In this document: in pieces, positions 1 through 8,723 of the stretch | How the letters are laid out: each line of letters opens with the position of its first letter | Numbering within the stretch: position 1 is the stretch's first letter | Source of the DNA: a virus | Virus record (IMG/VR): IMGVR_UViG_3300045988_149975 | Reading direction: 5' to 3' (one strand) | DNA: 64,000 nt | Translations under genes and position numbers: made by a program | Notes under the pieces: generated by a model | Told to the model about the DNA's origin: nothing | Seen by the model: only the letters and a program-made list of their open reading frames with translations | The model's database searches: none

Positions 1-126
1 CTCTATGAATTACAGCTACTTTAGTTAAAGGAAAGTCATCATCCAAACATTCAGAAGTGGAAACTGTAACTTCAGATTTTTCATTATATTGGTCTAAAAT
101 ATCAACCAAATCTTTAATTTTCATCT
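1..126 (-). CDS. hypothetical protein, N-terminal fragment (gene continues past the window start)
   Basis: ATG at 124..126 reads MKIKDLVDILDQYNEKSEV... in the reverse complement and stays open to the window edge. RBS AAGGAGGAG lies 6 nt upstream. Confidence 0.4.
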
Positions 127-146
127 TATCTCCTCCTTATGTATTA

Positions 147-175
147 AGTATAGCATATAATATTTAATTTGTCAA
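147..175 (-). promoter_or_regulatory. sigma-70-like promoter for the 1..126 gene
   Basis: Minus strand TTGACA (170..175), 17-nt spacer, TATACT -10 hexamer (147..152) with a TGn extension (153..155). RBS and ATG lie about 20 nt downstream. Confidence 0.45.
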
Positions 176-408
176 TCTTTTATAAAAATAAAAATCAACA
201 AAAAGATAATGGATATAAGCCCTAAAATAAATGGTGCAATTACAAAAAGCCATCCATAAGGAAAAACGCCCAAAAGTTTTATAATACCTAAAATAATACT
301 TAATAAAGCGCAGATAAGATAAAAGAGTAAAGTTCTTTTAAAAACCTTTTCAAAGAATGTATACATACCTACTTGCACCTCTCCATTAACATCTTTATTA
401 CTATTCAC
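172..408 (-). CDS. small membrane protein (2 predicted TM helices)
   Basis: 78-aa ORF with hydrophobic stretches LLFYLICALLSIILGIIKLLGVF and FVIAPFILGLISIIFLLIFIFI. Confidence 0.4.
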   Translation of the reverse strand: MNSNKDVNGEVQVGMYTFFEKVFKRTLLFYLICALLSIILGIIKLLGVFPYGWLFVIAPFILGLISIIFLLIFIFIKD

Positions 409-410
409 TC

Positions 411-791
411 CTACTCTCCTAAATACTTTTTCCTCAAAACAGGTAAGGCAGCTTCACACTCCTCTTTTGTTTTAAATGCCATACCAGCCTCTTTTAAAGC
501 AAAATCTGACGAATAACCTTCCCAAAAAGCAACATCTACACATTTAAAATAGGCAGAAGGACGGTAATATATGTCACCTTTTCTTGGCTGCCACGGAAGT
601 TTAACAATTTTACATTCACCTTTTATTAAATCAAAGAACTGATATTCGGCGGGCAACCAGGCTCCATCACATTGGAAACACAATCCGTTTTTAAAAAATC
701 TATAAACTTTATCTGAACTATCAATCATAAATTCTTCTTCAAGTTCCACACCAAGCATTTTTGCTACATCTTGCATATAGTTTTTAGCCAT
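411..791 (-). CDS. hypothetical protein
   Basis: 126-aa ORF tightly packed with its neighbours on the same strand. Confidence 0.5.
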   Translation of the reverse strand: MAKNYMQDVAKMLGVELEEEFMIDSSDKVYRFFKNGLCFQCDGAWLPAEYQFFDLIKGECKIVKLPWQPRKGDIYYRPSAYFKCVDVAFWEGYSSDFALKEAGMAFKTKEECEAALPVLRKKYLGE

Positions 792-793
792 AA

Positions 794-955
794 TTACTCC
801 TCCACTATTTCATAATCATAATCAACACTTTCATTAAAAATCTCTTCTGCCATTTGTTCAGCTTCATAATCATCTACTTCATCATCAATTTCAAATTCTA
901 CACTCTTATGAGTTCCACCGAAAGAAGTATAAATATTTACTTTTAATTTTTTCAT
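794..955 (-). CDS. small acidic hypothetical protein (53 aa)
   Basis: Manual translation MKKLKVNIYTSFGGTHKSVEFEIDDEVDDYEAEQ...EIVEE. Fills the gap between annotated ORFs and is not in the track because it is under 60 aa. Confidence 0.3.
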   Translation of the reverse strand: MKKLKVNIYTSFGGTHKSVEFEIDDEVDDYEAEQMAEEIFNESVDYDYEIVEE

Positions 956-956
956 T

Positions 957-1193
957 CTAATCTACCTCAATCTTAAACTGTTTCATTATTTCATTTGTAA
1001 GAATGTATACATTACCAAAATTATCCCTCATCATATAATCAGTATAAGTTGTAATAACTTTCTCCTGTTTAGTATGATTAAAACTTGAAAATGCCTTTGC
1101 TTCATAGATTTTATCCTTTGTAAAGAAAGCAGAATCTACTTTACATTTAAGCGTTAAGTATTTTGTATAATAGGAAAATCTTGAAGGAATCAT
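957..1193 (-). CDS. hypothetical protein
   Basis: 78-aa ORF overlapping the next gene by 4 nt (ATGA). Confidence 0.45.
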   Translation of the reverse strand: MIPSRFSYYTKYLTLKCKVDSAFFTKDKIYEAKAFSSFNHTKQEKVITTYTDYMMRDNFGNVYILTNEIMKQFKIEVD

Positions 1194-1636
1194 AAGTTTT
1201 TCAACTCCCTTGCTGTTTCCACAATAGACTGCATTAAAGTTTGTAATCCACTTTTAGAAATTTCACCTATATAGCTTACACCTCTATCTACTAATGCACC
1301 TGTACTGTCTACTACAGCATTGATGTTGTCAGGGGTAACATAAGAAGCAATAATCATTTTATAAACAGTATCTTGGTCAGGAATAAAAATCATCCCTAAT
1401 CCGCATACTACTAACATGGAAATGCCTGTACAAATCCCTCTCCACTGCATCTTTGCAAGTTTTTCATCTGTTCTTGTTACCCATGTATCATTAGTATAAA
1501 TTTCCTTGTCTTTATCTATCATAAAAGCAAAGAATGTAATCATCATTCCAAGGCAAAATAGTAGTCCGCAAGCTGATTGAATTTTCGGCAATAAATCAAC
1601 AAAATAGAAAAGCCAAGGTGAAATAATAGGCTGCAT
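1190..1636 (-). CDS. membrane protein
   Basis: 148-aa ORF with several hydrophobic segments (LFYFVDLL, CGLLFCLGMMITFFAFMI, GISMLVVCGLGMIFI). Confidence 0.5.
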   Translation of the reverse strand: MQPIISPWLFYFVDLLPKIQSACGLLFCLGMMITFFAFMIDKDKEIYTNDTWVTRTDEKLAKMQWRGICTGISMLVVCGLGMIFIPDQDTVYKMIIASYVTPDNINAVVDSTGALVDRGVSYIGEISKSGLQTLMQSIVETARELKNL

Positions 1637-1639
1637 AAT

Positions 1640-2068
1640 TTATTCTCCTTTCAAGTCCCTTTGTAATGTTTTATAAATTTCCTCTGCTTTCTTAACTATT
1701 TCACTATTTGATAAATGTGAGGTATCTTTAAATACCAACCCCAAAGCAAGCATTAATAAATCTTTTGAATCATTATAACGAAAAGAGCCTTTACTCAATT
1801 CAATATTACCTTTAAACATTCCTGCATATACAACTATCTCACCCTCTTTAGGTTTCCAGTTAGATATTACTTCAATTTCCCCGCTTAAAATTTGTTTAAG
1901 GAAATAGGAAGTCATACTAACCCCTATATTATCTGCTTCAAAAATACCATTACTTTTTAAAACATAAGCACCAAGAGGTCTATCATGTGAAAGAACAGTA
2001 AAAGGTTTATCAAACTCTATATCAAAAGTTCTGCTGAACCACTCTAAAAAGCTACCTAAATAATTCAT
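1640..2068 (-). CDS. hypothetical protein
   Basis: 142-aa ORF. Confidence 0.5.
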   Translation of the reverse strand: MNYLGSFLEWFSRTFDIEFDKPFTVLSHDRPLGAYVLKSNGIFEADNIGVSMTSYFLKQILSGEIEVISNWKPKEGEIVVYAGMFKGNIELSKGSFRYNDSKDLLMLALGLVFKDTSHLSNSEIVKKAEEIYKTLQRDLKGE

Positions 2069-2069
2069 A

Positions 2070-2477
2070 TTAATTCTCCTTATATTTCCTCAAAGTAATA
2101 GAAGTTTTACCATCTGAAAATACATATTCATCATAATTATTAGCAGTGTTCACAGAAATTAAAGGCAAATCAAAATCAATATCTCCCTCAATACAAACAT
2201 TATATTCTGCACCTAATATAAAGGGGTAAAGTGAATCAGCAGGTTCAATCCAATCTTCCTCAATATGCTTACAGTCTTGCCCATTCTCAAATTTAACTCT
2301 GTAAACAAATCTATCATCTTCATAGGCTGTAAATACTACTTCACCTATATCTCCCTTGTTTATTAAAGAATCTTTTACAAAGGTTTTACAAATTCTTACT
2401 TTATCACCATTGTCGAATTTACTTTCTTTAACGATTCTCATTCTTAAACAACTCCTTAAAAATATAATACAGTACAT
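2070..2477 (-). CDS. hypothetical protein
   Basis: 135-aa ORF. Confidence 0.5.
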   Translation of the reverse strand: MYCIIFLRSCLRMRIVKESKFDNGDKVRICKTFVKDSLINKGDIGEVVFTAYEDDRFVYRVKFENGQDCKHIEEDWIEPADSLYPFILGAEYNVCIEGDIDFDLPLISVNTANNYDEYVFSDGKTSITLRKYKEN

Positions 2478-4443
2478 CTACTACAATACTATTACCTGCC
2501 ATTTTATAAAGCTGTGTATTACTTATTCCTTTACATACTTCAATATCCCTATCCTCAAAGCCCATAAGCCTGAAGCACTCTTTAGGAGTAAGTTTACGGA
2601 TTCTATTCTCAATTTTGTAGAGTCCTGTTTTAGCACCTAATCCACCTGCTTCACCTTTAAGAGTAACAGATAAACCGTTTACATCATACACCACCCTTTT
2701 AGCCTGTGGCATACCGCTTGTAAGTTCTGTAAGCTGTGGAACTACAACACCTGTTGCAATTCTATCATCATTTTGTAAGAAATTTGCTTGTGAAGTTTTA
2801 TAATAATTAGCTTTAATAGTTCTACAAGTACCATCCTTTTCAGTACCATAGGGCGTAACAGATTTAAAATGTTTGATGTAATCTTTAACTTTATCATCTC
2901 GCATAAAGTATCTATCCTCTACCTCATTTTCAAGCACATCCTTTAGACTTTTAGTAAGTGGAAACGGCGCAGGAAAGTTAAAACCTTTATCAATATCTTT
3001 CCTAATAGATATTATAAATACTCTTTCTCTCCTTTGAGGTATTCCATAATCTGCGGCATTTAATACCTTCCAATAATTATTATACCCCATCTCACTTAAA
3101 CAGTCAAGTATATAATTAAATTCTTTTGTAAATTTTTTACCAGTGAGATTTTTAACATTCTCACATACTGCATATTTAGGTTTGACAGCATCGATAATCC
3201 TTAAAGCGTCAAACACTAATCCGCTACGAGTTTTTTCACCATTATATTCCAACCCCATTTTCTTACCACTTACAGAAATATCTTGACAATTATGCACTAT
3301 AATGTTATTGACAGTATATGAATTATCATTTTCAACTTCAAGATTGAATACCTCGATAGGCTTTTCAATCATTTCAATAGCTTTAATAGGTACTGCTATT
3401 TTATCTCCTATAACTAATTGATGCAATGCTCTATCAGAAAACTGCGCATTATAACAATCTTTAAAACTATCTTTTTGTCTATCTTTTCTAATACTTGTTG
3501 TAGGTACTACATTATAAAGTTTAATAACAATTCTACACAACTGTAAAAACATCTGCTCATTTATAGTGCTAAACATAAAAGTTGCTCTATCTTTTCTTCT
3601 ATGCCCATCACCACTCATATAACCATCGAAGAATTTAGATAACTGTTCTTTATTTAAAGACACAACCCAATCAGGAATTTTCTTAATACCTGCTCCACTA
3701 CCACAACTATGTATTACAGATTCTAATTTATCATCTATAATTCTGAAGTCAATACACGTTCTTTTACTATGTCCTTCATTATATCTGATATTAGTTAAAT
3801 GTTTTATAAATTCCTCTTTCTTACCTGAACCAATACAAAATATGGGACGTTTCTGATAAAGTTTTTCACAATAACCGTCTGCAAAATATCTACCAAAAAG
3901 CCATAGCCTATCATCATCTAAATCTGTATAGGCAGACTCTGTATTTATATTATAGGTAATGAAATCTGTAAGTTTTAGATCTTTAGCCTTAACCCAAACA
4001 AACTCTCCATCTCTATAAACATATAAAGGATGCTCATTAGTTAAATAAAGATTATAAGCCCCTACCCCTTTAATATGTCTAATACTATTAGAAATTCTTG
4101 ACATCGTTCTTAAAACTTTTTGATAATTATTTGTATGTGTAAGTACATAATCACCTACAATTATATCTTCAATATTTTTATAACCACACTGCACTTTAAT
4201 TTTTGTTCCAGCAGGAACACATGGAAATCCATAAGTTACTAAATCTACTCCAGGAAGTTCGCCTTCATTTACTTTAGTAATATCCCAAAGGTTTAAACTT
4301 TCAGGCACGTTATGGATTAAGGAATATGCTTTACTTGCATACTTATCTACTTCACAATAGTTGACAAGGGTATAATTAATTCCCAATCTTTCAAGGGCTT
4401 TTTCAAAAGCCCCTATACCTCTAAACAAACTTAATAATTTCAT
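2428..4443 (-). CDS. DNA (cytosine-5) methyltransferase interrupted by an intein
   Basis: C5-MTase motifs in order: I (FRGIGAF), IV GFP|C...HN|CQ (PCQ split by the intein), VI VCENVKN, VIII QRRERVFII, X GNSIVV. Without the 311-aa insert the exteins form a roughly 360-aa Dcm-type enzyme. Confidence 0.85.
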   Translation of the reverse strand: MKLLSLFRGIGAFEKALERLGINYTLVNYCEVDKYASKAYSLIHNVPESLNLWDITKVNEGELPGVDLVTYGFPCVPAGTKIKVQCGYKNIEDIIVGDYVLTHTNNYQKVLRTMSRISNSIRHIKGVGAYNLYLTNEHPLYVYRDGEFVWVKAKDLKLTDFITYNINTESAYTDLDDDRLWLFGRYFADGYCEKLYQKRPIFCIGSGKKEEFIKHLTNIRYNEGHSKRTCIDFRIIDDKLESVIHSCGSGAGIKKIPDWVVSLNKEQLSKFFDGYMSGDGHRRKDRATFMFSTINEQMFLQLCRIVIKLYNVVPTTSIRKDRQKDSFKDCYNAQFSDRALHQLVIGDKIAVPIKAIEMIEKPIEVFNLEVENDNSYTVNNIIVHNCQDISVSGKKMGLEYNGEKTRSGLVFDALRIIDAVKPKYAVCENVKNLTGKKFTKEFNYILDCLSEMGYNNYWKVLNAADYGIPQRRERVFIISIRKDIDKGFNFPAPFPLTKSLKDVLENEVEDRYFMRDDKVKDYIKHFKSVTPYGTEKDGTCRTIKANYYKTSQANFLQNDDRIATGVVVPQLTELTSGMPQAKRVVYDVNGLSVTLKGEAGGLGAKTGLYKIENRIRKLTPKECFRLMGFEDRDIEVCKGISNTQLYKMAGNSIVVDVLYYIFKELFKNENR
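3289..4221 (-). mobile_element. intein with LAGLIDADG homing-endonuclease domain inside the C5-MTase
   Basis: Starts with Cys immediately after GFP (residue 75) and ends VHN followed by Cys+1 (residues 384..386). Two LAGLIDADG-like motifs (LFGRYFADGY and FFDGYMSGDG). Splicing would restore GFPCQDIS. Confidence 0.75.
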
Positions 4444-4613
4444 TCGATAACCTCAATTTCATCTACCTGAAAATCTCTAATAATGCTAATGAAATTTAAA
4501 GCGCCGCCGAAGTGGTTATAGAGTTTATCTAATACTTCTTTCTCACTGTCGGCTAATACAATATACTGTTCTAACTTTCCATCATAATAAAATAGAATTA
4601 CACCATAAGTCAT
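4440..4613 (-). CDS. small hypothetical protein (57 aa)
   Basis: Manual translation MTYGVILFYYDGKLEQYIVLADSEKEVLDKLYNHFGG... Strong RBS AAAGGAG upstream. Its stop overlaps the MTase ATG (ATGA). Confidence 0.45.
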   Translation of the reverse strand: MTYGVILFYYDGKLEQYIVLADSEKEVLDKLYNHFGGALNFISIIRDFQVDEIEVIE

Positions 4614-4795
4614 TTATTTTTCTCCTTTAAAATAATATCATAGCCTTTTACTCTTACTTCATTAATTAAATAATTTTCTACAACATCTCCGTATTTCTCA
4701 TTAATGTAATCTCTTACTTCCTTTCTGCTTTTAGCAGCATGGGTCATAATAACTTTATCACCGTAAAAATCCATCTGAACTAAATAGAGTTTCAT
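4610..4795 (-). CDS. hypothetical protein
   Basis: 61-aa ORF, translationally coupled to its neighbours. Confidence 0.45.
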   Translation of the reverse strand: MKLYLVQMDFYGDKVIMTHAAKSRKEVRDYINEKYGDVVENYLINEVRVKGYDIILKEKNK

Positions 4796-5082
4796 TATTC
4801 CTCGCCTCCAATGTTTAACTCTTCTAATGCGTTAAATAAGATGTCATCCATTATTATAAGTCCTTCTTTGAGGAAAAGGTTATCTCCAATCTGACTAAAC
4901 ATTTGTCTTATAAGGTCATAGTCATCTCTTCTGAAAAGCTCTATATCCTCATTATATAACCCATTAATGCCCATTTTAACAGGGGTACTTGCCATAATCA
5001 GATAGTCGCCATTATAGCTATCTCTTACCCAAATTCTTTCAACTTCTACAATATCCTGCTGTTTTAAAAGCTGTACTAACAT
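4795..5082 (-). CDS. hypothetical protein
   Basis: 95-aa ORF. Confidence 0.5.
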   Translation of the reverse strand: MLVQLLKQQDIVEVERIWVRDSYNGDYLIMASTPVKMGINGLYNEDIELFRRDDYDLIRQMFSQIGDNLFLKEGLIIMDDILFNALEELNIGGEE

Positions 5083-5591
5083 TTTACCTGTCCCTCCAAA
5101 ATTTCTTTATAAAAATCATATTTACCATCTTTATCAGTAGTATAACTTCTGCCTGTAAGATGTACACCATCACTTAATAAAAACTTTTTAAAGTAATCAA
5201 TCTTTTTAAGGGTTCTCTTATCAAGTTTTCTATAAACTTCATCAAAATATTTACTGCAATTAAAGTTATAAACAATAGGGATTACTTTACGATTAAACCA
5301 TCTACGCTCTAAAACGTATCTAATAAGCTGTAAACCTTGTGCAACAGCCCTTGCAGCCCTATTAACATGATTACTGTAGTCAATCACTGTAATGTGACGA
5401 CCCATGGCAAGGTTAAGCAGAAAATCATTATCCAAATCCTGAATAACCATATCCCAATTCTTTTGTTCACATTGAGTAGATTGAATACGAATAAATCTTA
5501 CACTGCCAATAGGTTTACAGATTGTTTTTTCCTCATGTAATTCCCAATCCTTTAAGTATTCAATACCATTAGTAAGATTTAAGTAAATCAT
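5076..5591 (-). CDS. hypothetical protein
   Basis: 171-aa ORF immediately downstream of a consensus promoter. Confidence 0.5.
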   Translation of the reverse strand: MIYLNLTNGIEYLKDWELHEEKTICKPIGSVRFIRIQSTQCEQKNWDMVIQDLDNDFLLNLAMGRHITVIDYSNHVNRAARAVAQGLQLIRYVLERRWFNRKVIPIVYNFNCSKYFDEVYRKLDKRTLKKIDYFKKFLLSDGVHLTGRSYTTDKDGKYDFYKEILEGQVKC

Positions 5592-5610
5592 TTTATCACC
5601 TCATTAATAA

Positions 5611-5657
5611 TGCCTTATCTTTGTACTTATTATAGCAAAGATAAGGCATCTTGTCAA
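5611..5657 (-). promoter_or_regulatory. consensus sigma-70 promoter with an operator-like inverted repeat over the -10
   Basis: Minus strand TTGACA (5652..5657), 17-nt spacer, TATAAT (5629..5634). A 13-bp inverted repeat TGCCTTATCTTTG / CAAAGATAAGGCA (5611..5623 and 5636..5648) brackets the -10. Confidence 0.5.
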
Positions 5658-5665
5658 TAGGTAAA

Positions 5666-6130
5666 TTACATATTTTTTACTACACTTACATAATATCTAA
5701 AGGCTTTTCCTGGGGGAACATCTTTATCTGTAAGCCAAAGTTTAGTATAATTTACATAATAATCCGTATTATCACCAAATAAAGGCTTTAAATCACTGTA
5801 AGCCATATTAAGAACATAATACCAATCATAACTATTAAAATGTTCTTTATTAAAATCTATACCTGCTTTTTGTGCAAGTTGAATAGACTGTTCCACAGTC
5901 CAATGTCCACCCCTTGTACCGTCAACATTTTCCATTCCCCTTACAGCTTCGTCAGCAAGCATGGGAGTAAAACATTCACCATAAATAGCAGTATAGATGG
6001 CTTTGAACAGTTTTAAAGATTCTTCTTTATGCTCTTCAAAATAATTTTTAAAAAAAGTCATCATGAGTTTTAAAGCATCAGGATTACTTTCTGCTGCTGT
6101 AATTAAAGATTTAATATCCATAATTTGCAC
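5666..6130 (-). CDS. hypothetical protein
   Basis: 154-aa ORF. Confidence 0.5.
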   Translation of the reverse strand: MQIMDIKSLITAAESNPDALKLMMTFFKNYFEEHKEESLKLFKAIYTAIYGECFTPMLADEAVRGMENVDGTRGGHWTVEQSIQLAQKAGIDFNKEHFNSYDWYYVLNMAYSDLKPLFGDNTDYYVNYTKLWLTDKDVPPGKAFRYYVSVVKNM

Positions 6131-6296
6131 TACCTTTCTTTCCTTCTAAAATATCATCAAAGAAATTCATAAAATTACTACCATAACCCTCAAAACATTC
6201 TTTATATATATCAGGGTCTATAATAGCCTTTTTGAACTTATCACACCCATAAGTATAGTTGAAATTTCTAAAGTATTTACACTCCCTGCACCGCAT
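6111..6296 (-). CDS. small Cys-rich protein
   Basis: 61 aa, reads MRCRECKYF...YGCDKF...YKECFEGYG. Confidence 0.4.
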   Translation of the reverse strand: MRCRECKYFRNFNYTYGCDKFKKAIIDPDIYKECFEGYGSNFMNFFDDILEGKKGSANYGY

Positions 6297-6480
6297 AGAA
6301 CTTTACCTCTTTTCCTGCATATAATTCAACCCAATCCTTTAACTCTACTATACAATCAAGTATATATGTTTTACCGTTTATTACAATATATACATCTTTT
6401 CCTGCCCTTAATCCAAGTAAATCATTGGATTTTAAAGTAATATCAGTATTAGAAGGTTTATAATTCATTTGTTTCTCCAT
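6277..6480 (-). CDS. hypothetical protein
   Basis: 67-aa ORF. Confidence 0.4.
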   Translation of the reverse strand: MEKQMNYKPSNTDITLKSNDLLGLRAGKDVYIVINGKTYILDCIVELKDWVELYAGKEVKFYAVQGV

Positions 6481-6628
6481 ACAAGATTACCTCACCATTA
6501 ATAAAATCTAAATCATCAATGTATGTACAAAAATTTTCATATTTACTATCAATACTAATAAAACATTCTACATTCCCTTGCTTATCTCTTACTTCAATGA
6601 GTGCATCAATAAGTTCATTTAATTTCAT
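6458..6628 (-). CDS. hypothetical protein (start moved to the internal Met)
   Basis: The track ORF 6458..6667 probably starts at MKLNELIDAL (RBS AAAGGAGAGG upstream). That ATG overlaps the stop of the upstream MTase reading frame. Confidence 0.4.
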   Translation of the reverse strand: MKLNELIDALIEVRDKQGNVECFISIDSKYENFCTYIDDLDFINGEVILYGETNEL

Positions 6629-7326
6629 TAGAAATCCTCTCCTTTGCAATGTTGAAATAATTTTCATCTTTTTCTATTCCAATAAACTTACGATTATTCT
6701 TTAAAGCTGCTACACCAGTGCTACCACTACCCATACAATTATCCAATACTACATCACCTTCACTTGTATAAGTCTTAATAAAGTATTCAAGCAATGCAAC
6801 AGGTTTTTGTGTAGGATGTAATCTACATTTATCTTTATTAAAATCTAATACATCTACTGGATAGCGTTTTCCATCATTTACCGTTACTACTGATACTTGC
6901 TCTCCATAATTACTACTACCTCTACCACTTTTGCAGGTATAAGGTTTCCCTTCTCTAAATTGTGGATGGTACGGGGGGGGAGGAATAGAATACTAAAATA
7001 TTTTCATGGTTCTTTAAAGGCATTTTCTTTGCGTTTAAATGTCCTGTTCCCTGTGGTTTACGCCATATCCACTCATACTTGAGATTTTTGATATTGCTTA
7101 CACCTAATACCTTATCAAAAGGAGTCTGTGCAAAGAGTAGGATAGCACCATTATCTTTTATAATACGATTATATTCTTTCCACATTAAGTCCAAATCTAT
7201 AACACTATCCCATTTATTCCTTGTAGTACCAAAAGGCGGATCACAAAGAATTAAATTAACACACTTATCAGGTATATCTTTCATTACCTCTAAACAATCA
7301 CCTAAATACAATTTTAGTTTATCCAT
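6615..7326 (-). pseudogene. beta-class N6-adenine/N4-cytosine DNA methyltransferase, frameshifted in a G8 homopolymer
   Basis: N-terminal frame (6955..7326) carries motif IV DPPF (ILCDPPFGTT). After the G8 tract the -1 frame encodes LHPTQKPVALLEYFIKTYTSEGDVVLDNCMGSGSTGVAALKNNRKFIGIEKDENYFNIAKERI (HPTQKP and motif I FxGxG) and ends at 6615. Removing one G, or adding two, restores a single ORF of about 236 aa. Confidence 0.7.
6973..6980. repeat. G8 homopolymer (C8 on the coding strand) at the methyltransferase frameshift point
   Basis: Direct read: acGGGGGGGGagg in roughly 30 % GC DNA. Confidence 0.9.
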
Positions 7327-7886
7327 CTAACTACAGTTTCTCCTTTAAATCCCTTTTCCCAAATAAACCAAGCATAAGCAATCGCATTGGATGGGTATTT
7401 ATCAAAATCACCATTCTTTGCGCAAGAAAGCCTACCCCTTGCAACATATACATACTTTGGTGGATTTTCTTTATAAAATTCTCCACGCTCTTTGCCTTCT
7501 AAAAATTGAAGGCGTAAAAAGAACGCTACAGAGTTACCTTTAGGAATAATATCTAATGCGTGTTTCACAAATGGAAGTGCTTGTTTGTAAGGAGGATTAG
7601 AAACAATATCTCCGCCCCATTCAGTCACATCAAAGAAATTTTGTACCTTACCATATCCTCTATCATAAAGGTCAATACTTTCTACAATATAGTTAGCTTT
7701 TTCTAACTCTTTACTGATATGCCCCTCACCACAACAACACTCTAAAATTTTCGGAGCAAATTTGTACTCTGCAAGTAGTAATTGTACTGCTTTAGGCTGT
7801 GTAGCATAGTAATCCTCTAATTGCCTTTCTTCCCTTGAATGATTACTTGCACCAAGAGTTACATATACATTATGCTTTCCGTTCAT
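7314..7886 (-). CDS. putative N6-adenine DNA methyltransferase (motif I followed by NPPY)
   Basis: ILECCCGEGHIS (motif I-like) followed by DIVSNPPYK (motif IV NPPY). 190 aa, intact. Confidence 0.6.
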   Translation of the reverse strand: MNGKHNVYVTLGASNHSREERQLEDYYATQPKAVQLLLAEYKFAPKILECCCGEGHISKELEKANYIVESIDLYDRGYGKVQNFFDVTEWGGDIVSNPPYKQALPFVKHALDIIPKGNSVAFFLRLQFLEGKERGEFYKENPPKYVYVARGRLSCAKNGDFDKYPSNAIAYAWFIWEKGFKGETVVRWIN

Positions 7887-8214
7887 ACTTAACCTCCAAT
7901 TTTACTTTAGTGCTAAATTCAGAGTCTTTCAATGCTTCAATTCTTTCTTTCAAATACTTACAGCAATTTTCCTCTGTCATTGTTTTAATAAATTCGCAGT
8001 TCTGTAACAAAACTTTCATTAAATAATCTTCAGTAGGGCAAAAATCGTACATTTTATCACTATGCGCTTTAAGCACATACCTATCGAATGTTACTGTTAA
8101 ATCAGTAATATAGCTACTTCCATAATCACAAGTGGGGCAGCCTTTAAAGGCTTCTTTATCATAATCAATGTTTACAATACCACCGTCTACTAATTTCATT
8201 AAATAATCTTTCAT
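7870..8214 (-). CDS. hypothetical protein
   Basis: 114-aa ORF with several Cys (CPTCDYG, CPTEDY). Confidence 0.45.
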   Translation of the reverse strand: MKDYLMKLVDGGIVNIDYDKEAFKGCPTCDYGSSYITDLTVTFDRYVLKAHSDKMYDFCPTEDYLMKVLLQNCEFIKTMTEENCCKYLKERIEALKDSEFSTKVKLEVKYERKA

Positions 8215-8721
8215 TTTTTAATCTCCTCAAATATAATTTGTTTTGGTAAAATATTATGACATACATATACGCTTGAAAACGGTGGATTAAGAGATGGTTT
8301 TTGTTCTCTATAATCTTTGAAGTATGCAACTCTCTTATTAAAGTACATAATTTCAAAGTCATTATCTTTGAACATATTAAATCTCTTTTGGCTTTCAAAT
8401 AATCCTACAACACCTACAAGCATTGCAAAGGGTTTACCAATCTCAAACAGCCTTTGTAATACCTCGCCCTTTAAAGAATAGGGAGGATTACTTATAATAT
8501 AATCACAATCAGGAATAGGCTCTTTAAAGAAATCTTTACCCTCATTTATATGTGAGTGTATAACCTCATTTCCCCCCCCCTAAAATCTTTACAAAATTCG
8601 ACTCTTCAGTATCAAAGGGACACCAAATTGTAGAACCAGGTTTTAGATATTTAATTAAAGGTTCAATAGCATATACAGGAGTGTAAAATTCATCATTACC
8701 GCTGCTTGCCACTTTATCCAT
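8211..8721 (-). pseudogene. phage Dam-like N6-adenine DNA methyltransferase, frameshifted in a G9 homopolymer
   Basis: N-terminal frame MDKVASSGNDEFYTPVYAIEPLIKYLKPGSTIWCPFDTEESNFVKILGGGK stops right after the tract. In the -1 frame it continues NEVIHSHINEGKDFFKEPIPDCDYIISNPPYSLKGEVLQRLFEIGKPFAMLVGV... (equal to track ORF 8211..8423). The DEFYTP N-terminus plus NPPY is typical of small phage Dam-family MTases. Removing one G gives an ORF of about 169 aa. Confidence 0.7.
8572..8580. repeat. C9 homopolymer (G9 on the coding strand) at the second methyltransferase frameshift
   Basis: Direct read: cattTCCCCCCCCCtaaaa. Confidence 0.9.
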
Positions 8722-8723
8722 TT

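Noticed and set aside
2356-2640. Numerous 60 to 140-aa plus-strand ORFs (e.g. 2356..2640, 5337..5540, 14401..14586, 24463..24937, 35294..35695, 54557..54928, 56207..56629)
   Set aside because: All are antisense to long, motif-bearing minus-strand genes in an operon structure that is entirely minus-stranded. They have low-complexity, AT-codon-driven composition and no RBS.
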